Assembly: GCA_964561495.1 (NCBI GenBank)
Contig: CAZLPW010000005.1
Coordinates: 434 to 64,433, forward strand
Source: an uncultured bacterium
GTDB lineage: Bacteria > Fidelibacterota > Marinisomatia > Marinisomatales > UBA1611
DNA: 64,000 bases
Direction: 5' to 3'
Made by a program: the position numbers and the translations under genes. Every line of letters starts with the position of its first letter. The stretch's first letter is position 1. The notes beneath the pieces were generated by a model. That model was not told where the DNA came from and searched no databases. It saw only the letters and a program-made list of their open reading frames with translations. Shown one piece after another: positions 36,455 to 46,557 of the stretch.

Positions 36455-37546
36455 CTATTTCAAAAAAAGGATATCTTCTACCTGAGAGTAGTCTTGATTA
36501 TGAATGCGTAAATAATAAGTTCCAGAAGATACTTGGTTGCCGCTTCTATCTGAGCCATTCCAAAAAATATTATTTTCCCCACGATTTAAAAACTGATATT
36601 CTTGGGATTTTATTTCTTTACCTTTTATATCATATATTGTAAAAGAGATTATCCCAGATTCTGACAAAAACACAGGCAATGTAATATTATGGTTAAATGG
36701 ATTTGGATAGGGACTACCTAAAGATAATTTAGATGGCAATTCTTGAGTTTGAATCAAAAGAGGATCTCCATTATATCCTGTCTCCTGTGGAGTCGTTAAA
36801 CACAGAATGAGATATCCTGACTCAAAAACAACATTGCTATAAATAAGATCTGAGTTATTGCCATCCCAAGTATGATTGGCCTTGGACCAGCGCGATGTAT
36901 CATAGTAGTCGAATTCATCTTCCCAAAATAATATAAAATTATTGTCCGTTCCTGCATTGCCAGAATTTGGCACGTATGCGTAGTATTTAACCCAATCATA
37001 AAAAGCATAGACAGGTAAAATACTTGGATTAAAATCTCCGACCCAGTCATCATAAATAGGTTGCCAAATATTCATCATAAGTTTTTGATAGTGATACATT
37101 GAATCAGCATAAAAATTATTTACTGTTCGAATTAATTGATCATCTATAAAAAATTTGACATCTTCATTAGTCCACTCGATTACGTAGATATGAAAGTCTT
37201 CATGTGGATTGACATTCAGTTCTACCAACTCTGGAAGGTCCCACGCATTTTGTATGATAAGGTTGGTCTGGACTTTATCATCATAATTACCCAACCACTC
37301 AAAATCAATCTCATTCCAATAGCTATTACTTGTGTGCCCTTCTTCCCAAAAATCTCGATAAGTGAAAAATGAACTAACCACACCATTTCCATAGGCAGAC
37401 TTCATTCTTACTTCGAACCTACCATAGCGGTATGTGTCATCTGTCCTTAATTCTCCACCTTTGTATGGTTTACAAAAAACAATAGAAACAAGAACAAAAT
37501 TTATGATAATATTTTTCAGTAAATAATTTTTATTCATAATTAACAA
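36455..37546 (-). CDS. GH16 beta-glucanase (ExDxE, licheninase-type motif) with a T9SS sorting domain
   Basis: YRYGRFEVRMKSA...SSFFTY and NEIDFEWLG. CTD: PYPNPFNHNITL...DILFLK. Confidence 0.88.
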   Translation of the reverse strand: MLIMNKNYLLKNIIINFVLVSIVFCKPYKGGELRTDDTYRYGRFEVRMKSAYGNGVVSSFFTYRDFWEEGHTSNSYWNEIDFEWLGNYDDKVQTNLIIQNAWDLPELVELNVNPHEDFHIYVIEWTNEDVKFFIDDQLIRTVNNFYADSMYHYQKLMMNIWQPIYDDWVGDFNPSILPVYAFYDWVKYYAYVPNSGNAGTDNNFILFWEDEFDYYDTSRWSKANHTWDGNNSDLIYSNVVFESGYLILCLTTPQETGYNGDPLLIQTQELPSKLSLGSPYPNPFNHNITLPVFLSESGIISFTIYDIKGKEIKSQEYQFLNRGENNIFWNGSDRSGNQVSSGTYYLRIHNQDYSQVEDILFLK

Positions 37547-37643
37547 ACTTCGATCATGCTCTAATATTAAAGGATTCTAGGTACATATTTTTATTCTTTT
37601 AACCTCCAAACTTTTACATCTAGTGATTTATTTAAGATATCTT

Positions 37644-39119
37644 TCACCTTATCTTACTTCCAAAATCTAGCCTATCATCTGTTGTTAAAATTGGAAAAGA
37701 AGGGACTAAAATAGGATATGGAACTCCTCTCTGGTTAACCATCATATCCGTGCTGGTTAGCTTAATCTTTTCAAACGCACCCATATTAATTTTTATCGTT
37801 TCGGAGTATGCACTCTGGAGAGAATCTATTATAGGATTCATAAACACCAGCCAATCACCCTGATTATCAATTTGTTGATTTTTTTTCCTTACACTGGATA
37901 CATATTTTTTGCTTTTGGATACATCACTCCACATATTATAGTTCAGATTAACGCTCCAATTTTTATCAAGTCCCTTATTGTAACACTCTTTTGTAACCTC
38001 TATATCTCGGATAAGGTCTGCAATAGCGAATCGCAATTGTTCTGGGAATTCGCTACGATTCATTTTCCGTTTTCTAAAGACAAAAGGATGGGATTTTAAA
38101 TGCTGATTTAACTCCTCAACAGTCCAAGGCTTACCATCATAGTCTAGTATTATAGAGCTGGGATTGATATCATTATCTTCAACATTAAAGGTAAACATAT
38201 TATCATCAATCTTATCATCATCCCAAAGCATCTGGTTCAACATTTTTTTCTTGGATGCATCTACTTTAAAGAAATAATCAGCGGCTTTTTCAGAATAACT
38301 GTAAAAAACATCAGAATTAAGATTCATTTTTTTACCACTCATTAAATCTTTTACTGATTTAAGGTACGCATTTTTTGCTTTTTTATCAGTAAGCCTTTCT
38401 TTTACATCGTTCCATAGAATATTTTTATCGTATTCTGTAATCTTTATCTGGTCCTTCCAGCTAACAACTTTCATCAAAACAAATGTACCTTCCTCACTTT
38501 CAAACGGTCCTAATAACCGACCTTTGAAAATACTTTCACTAAATAAAGCATCATGTATTTCATCTAGCTCTCTGTTAAACCAATCAATTTCTTTCGTAGG
38601 TGCATTTCCGCTCCATAGGACATTATGTATGGAATCTAAAGGCACACCAGAAGAGTCAAGCTTCATTATCTTATTAGCTATTTCGAGATTAGGCAGATTT
38701 AAAAACTGAACCTTTACCATTCTTCCAGAAAACTTATACGCATCTTTTAATTCTTTTTCTGTTAGATTAACTTTTGAATGAAACTCTTCAGAAAAATAAA
38801 TCTGGCGCATTGCCTGCTCTCTCCGCCCCTTTAAAAAAGACTCTAAATTTTTGTCGGGAACATTATCTTCGTTCTTGGCATATTCCATTGCGATTAATTT
38901 TTCACTAATCAACGAATTTAAAATTATTTTTTTGTGAATGTAATTGTCTTGCCTGCAATAGTCAGGACGTATTGTATACTCTGATCTTCTAATGAAGTCT
39001 TGTACCGTAATTATACTAGGACCAACCTTTGCTAGAATGATTTCTTCTGGTATTTGGGAATGCTTTGTACAACTAAAAAAGGAAATAAAAAGGATAACTA
39101 AGCGATATAAAAACCCCAT
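37644..39119 (-). CDS. hypothetical lipoprotein with a SurA-N/chaperone-like N-terminus
   Basis: Lipobox FFSC. ILAKVGPSIITVQDFIRRSEY resembles the N-terminal segments of SurA/PpiD, but I saw no parvulin motif. It is the last gene of the receptor operon. Confidence 0.4.
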   Translation of the reverse strand: MGFLYRLVILFISFFSCTKHSQIPEEIILAKVGPSIITVQDFIRRSEYTIRPDYCRQDNYIHKKIILNSLISEKLIAMEYAKNEDNVPDKNLESFLKGRREQAMRQIYFSEEFHSKVNLTEKELKDAYKFSGRMVKVQFLNLPNLEIANKIMKLDSSGVPLDSIHNVLWSGNAPTKEIDWFNRELDEIHDALFSESIFKGRLLGPFESEEGTFVLMKVVSWKDQIKITEYDKNILWNDVKERLTDKKAKNAYLKSVKDLMSGKKMNLNSDVFYSYSEKAADYFFKVDASKKKMLNQMLWDDDKIDDNMFTFNVEDNDINPSSIILDYDGKPWTVEELNQHLKSHPFVFRKRKMNRSEFPEQLRFAIADLIRDIEVTKECYNKGLDKNWSVNLNYNMWSDVSKSKKYVSSVRKKNQQIDNQGDWLVFMNPIIDSLQSAYSETIKINMGAFEKIKLTSTDMMVNQRGVPYPILVPSFPILTTDDRLDFGSKIR

Positions 39120-39128
39120 TATTCATCA

Positions 39129-40199
39129 CTAGAATGTAAGACCTACAGTATAGGCCTGAATATTACCCAGAATTCCCATGGTCTTGTAAGTATAGTCAAT
39201 GGTCAGTGCTTTATTATTAAGAAAATAAAGTTTAACCCCTGCTCCAGTTGCAAAACCAAAATCTTTATCATCAGTATTTAAATTTTTCATACCACTTTTT
39301 AAACCACCCCTAAGACTGACCTCACCAAATCCAGGAATCTTATTATCTAAAGAGGCACCAATATTTATTGACTCAGCATTATTATTAGGATGAAGAGCAT
39401 CAGCCGAGATAATAAGATCCATACTATTTGTAACTATCGGCTTTAAAGAAATACCTATTCTAAATATAAGAGGCAACTCCCATTCCGAGGTTCTAAATTG
39501 ACCAGCTACATCCCCATAGTTTCCTTCTTCATACTCTGAAATATCAATAGGCTGATAGCTATCAATTCCATCATATTTCATTCTGGTACCATAATTAGAG
39601 ATACTCATACCTATATTCATTCCATCTTTATTTTTACCAGTAAATGAAAAAAAACTTGTATTAACTAACACACCAAGATCAACAGCAAAAGCGCTTGCTG
39701 AGCTGTGCCATATATTTGAGTTAATATATTTTAATGACGATCCGAATGAAAACCAGGAGACAATCTTCCTTGAAAAAGTGAATGCAGCGGCCACATCAGA
39801 AGCTTGAAACAATTCACCAGTACCTTCTTGGTACTCTAGATTCGTTACCTCCATTTCACCATAATCCAGGTGAGTAATACCAAAACCTATGACCCCAACT
39901 TTTGGAATCACCATAGCCCCACCTGCAAACAACATATCTATATCGACAAACCAAGGTTGAATCATAAAAAGCGCTGAAGATTGTTTTAGACTAGATAGTC
40001 CTGCAGGGTTCCAGTATATCGAAGAAACATCATTTGCTACGGCAACATAAGCCTCTCCCATTGCATTTGCCTCACTACCAACACCAATTTCTAAAAAATT
40101 AGCAGCGGTTGTTCCGTAGCGATTTATTGTTTGACTATACATAATATTTAAGCAGGAAAAAGCGAAAATCATTAGAATTATTATAAGATTATTTTTCAT
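39129..40199 (-). CDS. PorV/PorQ-family outer-membrane beta-barrel
   Basis: GTTAANFLEIGVGSEANAMGEAYVAVANDVSSIYWNPAGL is the family N-terminal signature. The protein ends in ...YTVGLTF with a terminal Phe. Its start overlaps the upstream stop in an ATGA. Confidence 0.7.
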   Translation of the reverse strand: MKNNLIIILMIFAFSCLNIMYSQTINRYGTTAANFLEIGVGSEANAMGEAYVAVANDVSSIYWNPAGLSSLKQSSALFMIQPWFVDIDMLFAGGAMVIPKVGVIGFGITHLDYGEMEVTNLEYQEGTGELFQASDVAAAFTFSRKIVSWFSFGSSLKYINSNIWHSSASAFAVDLGVLVNTSFFSFTGKNKDGMNIGMSISNYGTRMKYDGIDSYQPIDISEYEEGNYGDVAGQFRTSEWELPLIFRIGISLKPIVTNSMDLIISADALHPNNNAESINIGASLDNKIPGFGEVSLRGGLKSGMKNLNTDDKDFGFATGAGVKLYFLNNKALTIDYTYKTMGILGNIQAYTVGLTF

Positions 40200-43100
40200 T
40201 TAATCACCGCAAATTTTCCAACTTTTTCTTTACCTGTTTCAATTGAATCTATGTGGTATATATACATCCCAGCAGCTATTTCTAAATTTTCTCTTGTTAA
40301 CATATCCCAATGAATTATGCCATTTTCGGGTTTGTTATTTACAATAATCTCATCAACCAAAACACCACTTACTGTAAAAATTTTGATTCTACAATCTGCA
40401 GGAATGTGAGTAAACATTATGCGTCTACGTTGATTTAAAAACTGATTTGCAACCGCTGACTCCATCATATTCGTCATAACATATGGATTCGGAACTACCT
40501 TAATACTATCCATATCGATCTTAACACTATCTGCGTCTAACTCAGTCTCTTTGTTAATTGTAAACCTAATAGTATCTGTATTAAAAAAAGGCCGCCTCCA
40601 GTCTACCTGAAAAACATCACCAGCTTCAGGATAATTCAAGGCTGAATCAAGTTGAAAATCAATAATAAACGCAGTCGCTCGCCACCTGCTCCCTACAGTA
40701 GCACCGACAAAAATTCTGTCTAATGCAATCTCAAAGGTCCCGTTCTCATTTACATCATGAACTATAAGATCCATTATAGGAAATTGGCCAGTTGCTGTAT
40801 CAATAAATGAAGTATTCTGAACATAAAAATTAACAGCGGGCTCTGTTATTTTATTTGAACCTATTGAACTCCCATTTTCATCTCTTACAGTGCCTGACCT
40901 GGCTATTCCAACATAGGCTGAATCATTATCCGTGAAAACAATATGATACCTCCAAGCGAGCTGAAGTGCTTGCTCAACAGTTGGGGTTACCCTCATGTTA
41001 CCATAACCATTTATCCATCTTGAACTATCAATACTATACTCAGGAAATTCTAAATCTGAATTAATTTCGATTTGCAGACCATCAAAAACATCGGTATATA
41101 TAGTTCGGTCTGGATTTAAAGTCCAAAAGTCTGAGGTATCACGATAGACCAAGTTTTGACCAATATATTTTGATGTATCTTCTGAGTATACCAACACAGT
41201 GCTATCAGTGACGTCAAAAACTTTTATACCATTTGTGACATATTGAAAACCGTATTCATATCCACTTATCGTTTCAATCTTATCTGCTAAAAAGGTTAAC
41301 GCATATTCGTGACCCTGTTTTAGACTTCCTTGTGCGCGGATTAGAGGACTCACTGATCCAGACCCTAGCAAATTTGATGGTATCATATCTAAAGAAGGTG
41401 GAATATAACCTGCGGCACGCTGATGGGGAACAACAACGGCAACATTTTTCCCAACAGAACGTACCTCTTCAGCTTCATCAAGCTCTATAACCGCATTATT
41501 TTCTGATGGTGCAATCCCTGGACCAATATCAGGGGCACCAAAGTCATAGGCTACAACAGCATAGTAATAGGTTCTACCATTTTGAACCGTATTATCTACA
41601 AAGATATGAGATATCCCGTTATCAGTGCCTAGGTTATATCCCATACCATTAACCAAACCAAAATCAGTGAATCCTGTAATCCCATCTACGAGGTCACACT
41701 GATATATCGGTTTCTTGAACATCGGCGTTCCATAACCATCGGTAATTATTTCAGGATCGGACATATATTTATCCGTTGATCTATAGATTTTATATCCCTC
41801 AAAATCATTAATATTTCCGACAAAAGGATCACGCGTCTTTGTATCCGCTACATCATCCCAGGTTAGAATTACTTTATTATCACCAGCTGTAGCAGTAATT
41901 GTTGGCATCTCTGGTGGCTGTGCAAAACGATAGTCTTTTTCGTATATAACCTGAACAATCCTCTTTAATTCATACAAAGCAGGCGCGGTGTGATCTGCCG
42001 AACTAAGGCCCTCAAGAGGATCATATGAATGGAGCTCTGACATCGATATTCTTTCAACTCTTCCCTGATAAAGAGGAAATGGGCCTGATGCAAAGACCTC
42101 AACCAAATTAGATACATTATCAACATACTCTTCAAGCGAGTCCACGCCTATAACACCCCACATTGCCTGATCATTCTTAAACCAGGTTGTTTCATTAGAG
42201 GGAGCGTGGCTGGGTATAGGAAACATACGAAATGCTGTTAAACCAACCATATCAGACTCTGACACATCTGTTGTGTTGAAGTTAGGCTCACAGCCTACAC
42301 CCTCTAAAAAATCTGGCTTGTGATTACACTCTGATCCATCTAAGTCTGGACCGTTATAGTTTAACTCTCCAGGACCAACCCCATCTATACCTATATCATC
42401 ACCATAGCTTTCTGATAGTTGATATATTCCGTCACCATTTAAATCTTCACCATCTTGCCAATCTTGATCCTCATCTGCGTCCCAATGATCTTTAAGATCC
42501 TCAACATTCAGTTTATAAAATTCTAAAAATGCATTCAGATCTGCTATCCCCTCTGTCGCTCCTATAATGGCCGTGGCTTCATTATCTCTTTTCTCATCAA
42601 CCAAACCATCATTATCGTTGTCACGATAATCATAAGCCAAACCAGGACTTTCTAAATAAGCAAAACCCATCACACCCGTTGGGAGTCCACCTGCTCCTAT
42701 CCCATTAATATCCCAGGAATATGCCATATCTATCTGCTTATTAAAATATCCAAGATCATCATCACCGTCTCCACCGATAGAATTATCAAGCCAATAACCA
42801 AAGGCGACGTCCCTCAGATCATAGTCTGAAATATTAGCGATAGAATACTCCCAAAATATTGCGTCTCTGGCCTGTGGATTATTCCATTGAAACCCTCTGA
42901 CTGATACCCTAAGACCAAGACCACCCCAGGGAGCGCCTGGTTGTATGGTTACATCAGGCTTTATATCACCTATATAGTGACCAGGCCTGGGATAGTATTT
43001 GACATCATCTTCTACGCCTAAATATTCTTGATCTTGGGCATCGTTTACGACGTAATAAGATTCTTGATCAGCATAGGTAACTCCTCTACCAAAGCGGCCG

Positions 43101-43666
43101 TTCCACTCGCCCAACCACTTTGTTTCAAATCCAGTGGATGGCCAGCCGTTTAAAGGCCATGAACTAGGTAAATTCGATAAAGCTGGATACTCTCCAGTTT
43201 CATTAAAATATCCAAACGCGGGATAAAAACCCCACTCTACTGTACCAGTAGGATCAAGATCCATTTCCTCTCTGTAGCTAGTTTGTAGATAGTATAGAGT
43301 GTGACGTTCTTTATTAGGATCAAAAAGATCTAATGGATCAGTTATAGGAATGGTGTCCACTGTCCCTGCGTCTCCGTCATCTTCAATATATACCTTCGCG
43401 CCTACCAAGAGACCAATACCATCTGTCATTTTCAAACCATTAGGATTATTCGGCCATTTGGATACGTTTACCCTTGGCCAGTCAGAGAGTTCAGTTGTAT
43501 TTCTAAAATAAATATAAACTCTATTGCCTGTCATATAGCCCTCTTTCTCAGCAGCAATATCACCCGCTGGATCCTCTGGCCCCTGGTACTCTTTACCCTG
43601 CGAAAAAAGAAGATGCAAGGCAAGAAAAAACCAGGCCAATATTTTTACTAAATTTTTATTCAACAT
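40196..43666 (-). CDS. uncharacterised 1156-aa secreted protein with acidic Ca-binding-like repeats, an FN3-like domain and a variant CTD/FlgD-Ig-like tail
   Basis: A signal peptide without a lipobox Cys. DNDNDGLVDE and DADEDQDWQDGEDLNGDG repeats. FN3-like segment PEMPTITATAGDNKVILTWDD...RTYYYAVVAYD. The tail is VVPNPYV...RIKIFTVSGVLV...GMYIYHI...KFAVIK. Its ATG overlaps the receptor's stop (TAATG). Confidence 0.6.
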   Translation of the reverse strand: MLNKNLVKILAWFFLALHLLFSQGKEYQGPEDPAGDIAAEKEGYMTGNRVYIYFRNTTELSDWPRVNVSKWPNNPNGLKMTDGIGLLVGAKVYIEDDGDAGTVDTIPITDPLDLFDPNKERHTLYYLQTSYREEMDLDPTGTVEWGFYPAFGYFNETGEYPALSNLPSSWPLNGWPSTGFETKWLGEWNGRFGRGVTYADQESYYVVNDAQDQEYLGVEDDVKYYPRPGHYIGDIKPDVTIQPGAPWGGLGLRVSVRGFQWNNPQARDAIFWEYSIANISDYDLRDVAFGYWLDNSIGGDGDDDLGYFNKQIDMAYSWDINGIGAGGLPTGVMGFAYLESPGLAYDYRDNDNDGLVDEKRDNEATAIIGATEGIADLNAFLEFYKLNVEDLKDHWDADEDQDWQDGEDLNGDGIYQLSESYGDDIGIDGVGPGELNYNGPDLDGSECNHKPDFLEGVGCEPNFNTTDVSESDMVGLTAFRMFPIPSHAPSNETTWFKNDQAMWGVIGVDSLEEYVDNVSNLVEVFASGPFPLYQGRVERISMSELHSYDPLEGLSSADHTAPALYELKRIVQVIYEKDYRFAQPPEMPTITATAGDNKVILTWDDVADTKTRDPFVGNINDFEGYKIYRSTDKYMSDPEIITDGYGTPMFKKPIYQCDLVDGITGFTDFGLVNGMGYNLGTDNGISHIFVDNTVQNGRTYYYAVVAYDFGAPDIGPGIAPSENNAVIELDEAEEVRSVGKNVAVVVPHQRAAGYIPPSLDMIPSNLLGSGSVSPLIRAQGSLKQGHEYALTFLADKIETISGYEYGFQYVTNGIKVFDVTDSTVLVYSEDTSKYIGQNLVYRDTSDFWTLNPDRTIYTDVFDGLQIEINSDLEFPEYSIDSSRWINGYGNMRVTPTVEQALQLAWRYHIVFTDNDSAYVGIARSGTVRDENGSSIGSNKITEPAVNFYVQNTSFIDTATGQFPIMDLIVHDVNENGTFEIALDRIFVGATVGSRWRATAFIIDFQLDSALNYPEAGDVFQVDWRRPFFNTDTIRFTINKETELDADSVKIDMDSIKVVPNPYVMTNMMESAVANQFLNQRRRIMFTHIPADCRIKIFTVSGVLVDEIIVNNKPENGIIHWDMLTRENLEIAAGMYIYHIDSIETGKEKVGKFAVIK

Positions 43667-46446
43667 TAAAAATTAACACCTAGAGCAAGTTTTACCATCC
43701 TCGGAGCTGAAAACATTGATGGATTTTTTATTCTATCTTCAAAATCATTAAAATCACTGCGATGCCCTGCATAATCTGTCTCCCTTATTATGGCTGTATA
43801 TGCTCTACCAGTTTCACTATTTACGCCATACTCATTTAGCCTGTCTAATAAGTTGTAAATAGTGAGATCTAGATTACCATTATAACGGCCGAAGAGCTTA
43901 AACTTATAATATACTGTTGCGTCAACAGTGTAGTTAGATGGCTTATAATCATTGTTTGGGTATAAATTAATCCTAGACAATACACTCTCGCTCTGCGGCG
44001 AAAAAGTATATGGGGATCCCGAATTATAATATGCAGTTAGTGTAGCACCATATTGAGGGCCAAGATACATCAGAGTACCATTAAGTGTATGTCTCTGGTC
44101 CCAACTCATAGGTATAAAACGATTCACGGGATCCATATTATTCCCAGCTCGGCTAAAAGTCTGCGTCGGGTTATCCGCATTGCCCCTAGTATACTGTAGC
44201 GTATAGTTAATCATACCCTTAATCGAGCCATAGCCCAGATCAAGAGTGACCTCTAAGCCTCGTGCATTCCCATAGTCTTTATTACTGTATAGACCGTACT
44301 CAATCTGGTTATATGTAGAAATAATTTTTGCGCTAAGCAGGTTATATATATCTCGATAAAATAATGCAACATCGAGGTTTAAACCTCTCGCTAGCTCCTG
44401 CCACAAACCAATCTCATATGTGATTGTCTTTTCTGGCTCTAAAAGAACATTCCCCATCGTAGTGGAATAATCGCTAGGAGCAACCAAAAAACTTTTATTC
44501 TGATACATAGAGTAAAGCGGGGGCATCTGAAAAAAGTGACCATAGCTAAAGTGTAAAACAGCTTGATTTCCTAGCTGGTACGCAAACCCTATGCGCGGAC
44601 TTATCTGATCAATAATAGGTGCATCCATGTATTCAGACATCATTGAGTCTGGAAGCACTAACTGATTAGCAGGGTTACGTCTATCAGACGGATAATAACT
44701 TACAGGGTCAAAATAGTCATATCTTACTCCAAAATTAATGACCATATTTTCAAATTCCATTTTGTCTTGAAGGTAAGCTGCTGCTTCCTTTGGCTTAACA
44801 TTATAAATGTCAGCATATACAGTAGAATCAGGAAAAACTTCTGGCTCATAAAGCCAGTAATCAATATTTGACTGTCCATCATATTTATTTCTTATCTGTT
44901 GCCACTTATGTTTTACATCGTGAGTAATTCCCATAAACCCTAGTTTTAGATTATGATTATGAGTTGCCTGCCAGGTTAGATCAAACTTTACTGTCTTATC
45001 GATATCTCTGTGCTTCGTGTGCTCCTTCTGCTGACCACCCGTAAAAAACCCTGAACCATAATTTTCAAGGTGCCTGTCATGAATATACAGGTAAACAGTG
45101 TCGCCCACCTCATGGGGTAAGCCATCATGGTAGATTGGTATATTGGTCCCAAGATAATTAAACAATTGTTCATAGTTAGAACCATCAGCAATGATATAAG
45201 CCATGGGATCTTCGTGGAGATATGTTCCTGTATTATTTTCCATATAGGCTAGCTTGAGCTCATAGAAAAACTTCGGAGTAATCATGTGATTTAATTGAAA
45301 CGCAGAATAATAAGTCTTCTTATGATTTCCTGCTCTGCCATCTGGGTTATATTTCATCGAATGGTCATACCAATACCAAGTATCATCACTGTAAGAATTT
45401 AAAACAGAAAATCTTATCCCTTTGAAAATGTTAAACCCGAGCTTGAGTAATGAAGAAAAATTATCTCCTGTATTCATTGGTACGTAAGAGCTGTCGCCTG
45501 AATAAGTTGACCACCAATCCTCAGGATTATCTGATGTAAAATTACTAACATCATATGGTTTGAACCTTCTAAGACCATTGAGGTGCCCTCTATTATTCTG
45601 CTTACGGAAATTAGTGAAAAAGGTAATCCTTTCACCTACTAATGGACCACCAAAACTAAACTTTAAATCTTCACTCCGATTAAGATTAGGAGATAATCCA
45701 ATAAAAATATCATCACCATTGCTATCTGTACTATTGGTGTAATAAGATGATGTAGCTGCAGAAATCGAACCCTCAAACTTCGGCCCTCCGTCTCTTGTTA
45801 CCATGTTAACAACGCCACTCATAGCGCGCCCATACTCAGCATTAAACGTTCCAGTTATTACCTCTAAATCCTGTACTGCTTCAGGCTGAATATCAACAGC
45901 TGCGCTACCACCGCCAAAAGACTCATCAACCTGTACGCCATCCACCATGTAGGTTACTTCAGTATTCCTACCACCACGAAAGTGTCCATTAACCACTCCA
46001 GCCTGCATGTTAATAACGCTACCAATATTTTCAACAGCAAGTGCCTGAATCTCTTCGCCAGAAATATTCTTAATTGTTCCAGTTTGGTCTTTCTTCTGAG
46101 CCAATCGTGATACCTCAACGTTGACTACCTCACCCTCGATTACAGTTGATTCCATCTCAATATCAAGTGAGCTAGTTCTGTTTACAGAAACAACTAGCTC
46201 ATCTAACTGAACTGATTTGTAGCCTATCATATCAACTTTGAGTGTGTATTTCCCAGGAGGTATATTGATAATTGTAAATCTTCCATAAGCATCGGAGGCT
46301 GTACCATAAGGTGTGTTTAAAAGATAAATATTTGCCCCAGGAAGCGGTCCAATTGTTTCTTTTTCTAAAACAACGCCTGAGACTTTTCCCGTTGTCTGAG
46401 AAAAAGAAACAGAAATCATCAAGGCAAGGACTAAACGTTTTATCAT
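43666..46446 (-). CDS. TonB-dependent outer-membrane receptor with an N-terminal carboxypeptidase-regulatory-like domain (SusC-like architecture)
   Basis: GKVSGVVLEKETIGPLPGANIYL...GRFTIINIPPGKYTLKV, a plug segment (ISGEEIQALAVENIGSVINMQAGV), a long barrel, and the C-terminal ...KLALGVNF. Confidence 0.9.
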   Translation of the reverse strand: MIKRLVLALMISVSFSQTTGKVSGVVLEKETIGPLPGANIYLLNTPYGTASDAYGRFTIINIPPGKYTLKVDMIGYKSVQLDELVVSVNRTSSLDIEMESTVIEGEVVNVEVSRLAQKKDQTGTIKNISGEEIQALAVENIGSVINMQAGVVNGHFRGGRNTEVTYMVDGVQVDESFGGGSAAVDIQPEAVQDLEVITGTFNAEYGRAMSGVVNMVTRDGGPKFEGSISAATSSYYTNSTDSNGDDIFIGLSPNLNRSEDLKFSFGGPLVGERITFFTNFRKQNNRGHLNGLRRFKPYDVSNFTSDNPEDWWSTYSGDSSYVPMNTGDNFSSLLKLGFNIFKGIRFSVLNSYSDDTWYWYDHSMKYNPDGRAGNHKKTYYSAFQLNHMITPKFFYELKLAYMENNTGTYLHEDPMAYIIADGSNYEQLFNYLGTNIPIYHDGLPHEVGDTVYLYIHDRHLENYGSGFFTGGQQKEHTKHRDIDKTVKFDLTWQATHNHNLKLGFMGITHDVKHKWQQIRNKYDGQSNIDYWLYEPEVFPDSTVYADIYNVKPKEAAAYLQDKMEFENMVINFGVRYDYFDPVSYYPSDRRNPANQLVLPDSMMSEYMDAPIIDQISPRIGFAYQLGNQAVLHFSYGHFFQMPPLYSMYQNKSFLVAPSDYSTTMGNVLLEPEKTITYEIGLWQELARGLNLDVALFYRDIYNLLSAKIISTYNQIEYGLYSNKDYGNARGLEVTLDLGYGSIKGMINYTLQYTRGNADNPTQTFSRAGNNMDPVNRFIPMSWDQRHTLNGTLMYLGPQYGATLTAYYNSGSPYTFSPQSESVLSRINLYPNNDYKPSNYTVDATVYYKFKLFGRYNGNLDLTIYNLLDRLNEYGVNSETGRAYTAIIRETDYAGHRSDFNDFEDRIKNPSMFSAPRMVKLALGVNF

Positions 46447-46508
46447 TTTGGAAAAATATTATTAAGGATTAGGTCAAAAGCTATATCAATAATCTACTAA
46501 GATTAAAA

Positions 46509-46538
46509 CAAAAAAAGAGGGGTAAATAAATACCCCTC
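46509..46538 (-). terminator. Rho-independent terminator downstream of the multi-CBM gene
   Basis: The minus strand reads GAGGGGTA-TTTATT-TACCCCTC followed by T7. Confidence 0.8.
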
Positions 46539-46557
46539 CTTCTTATTTTTCTTTATT

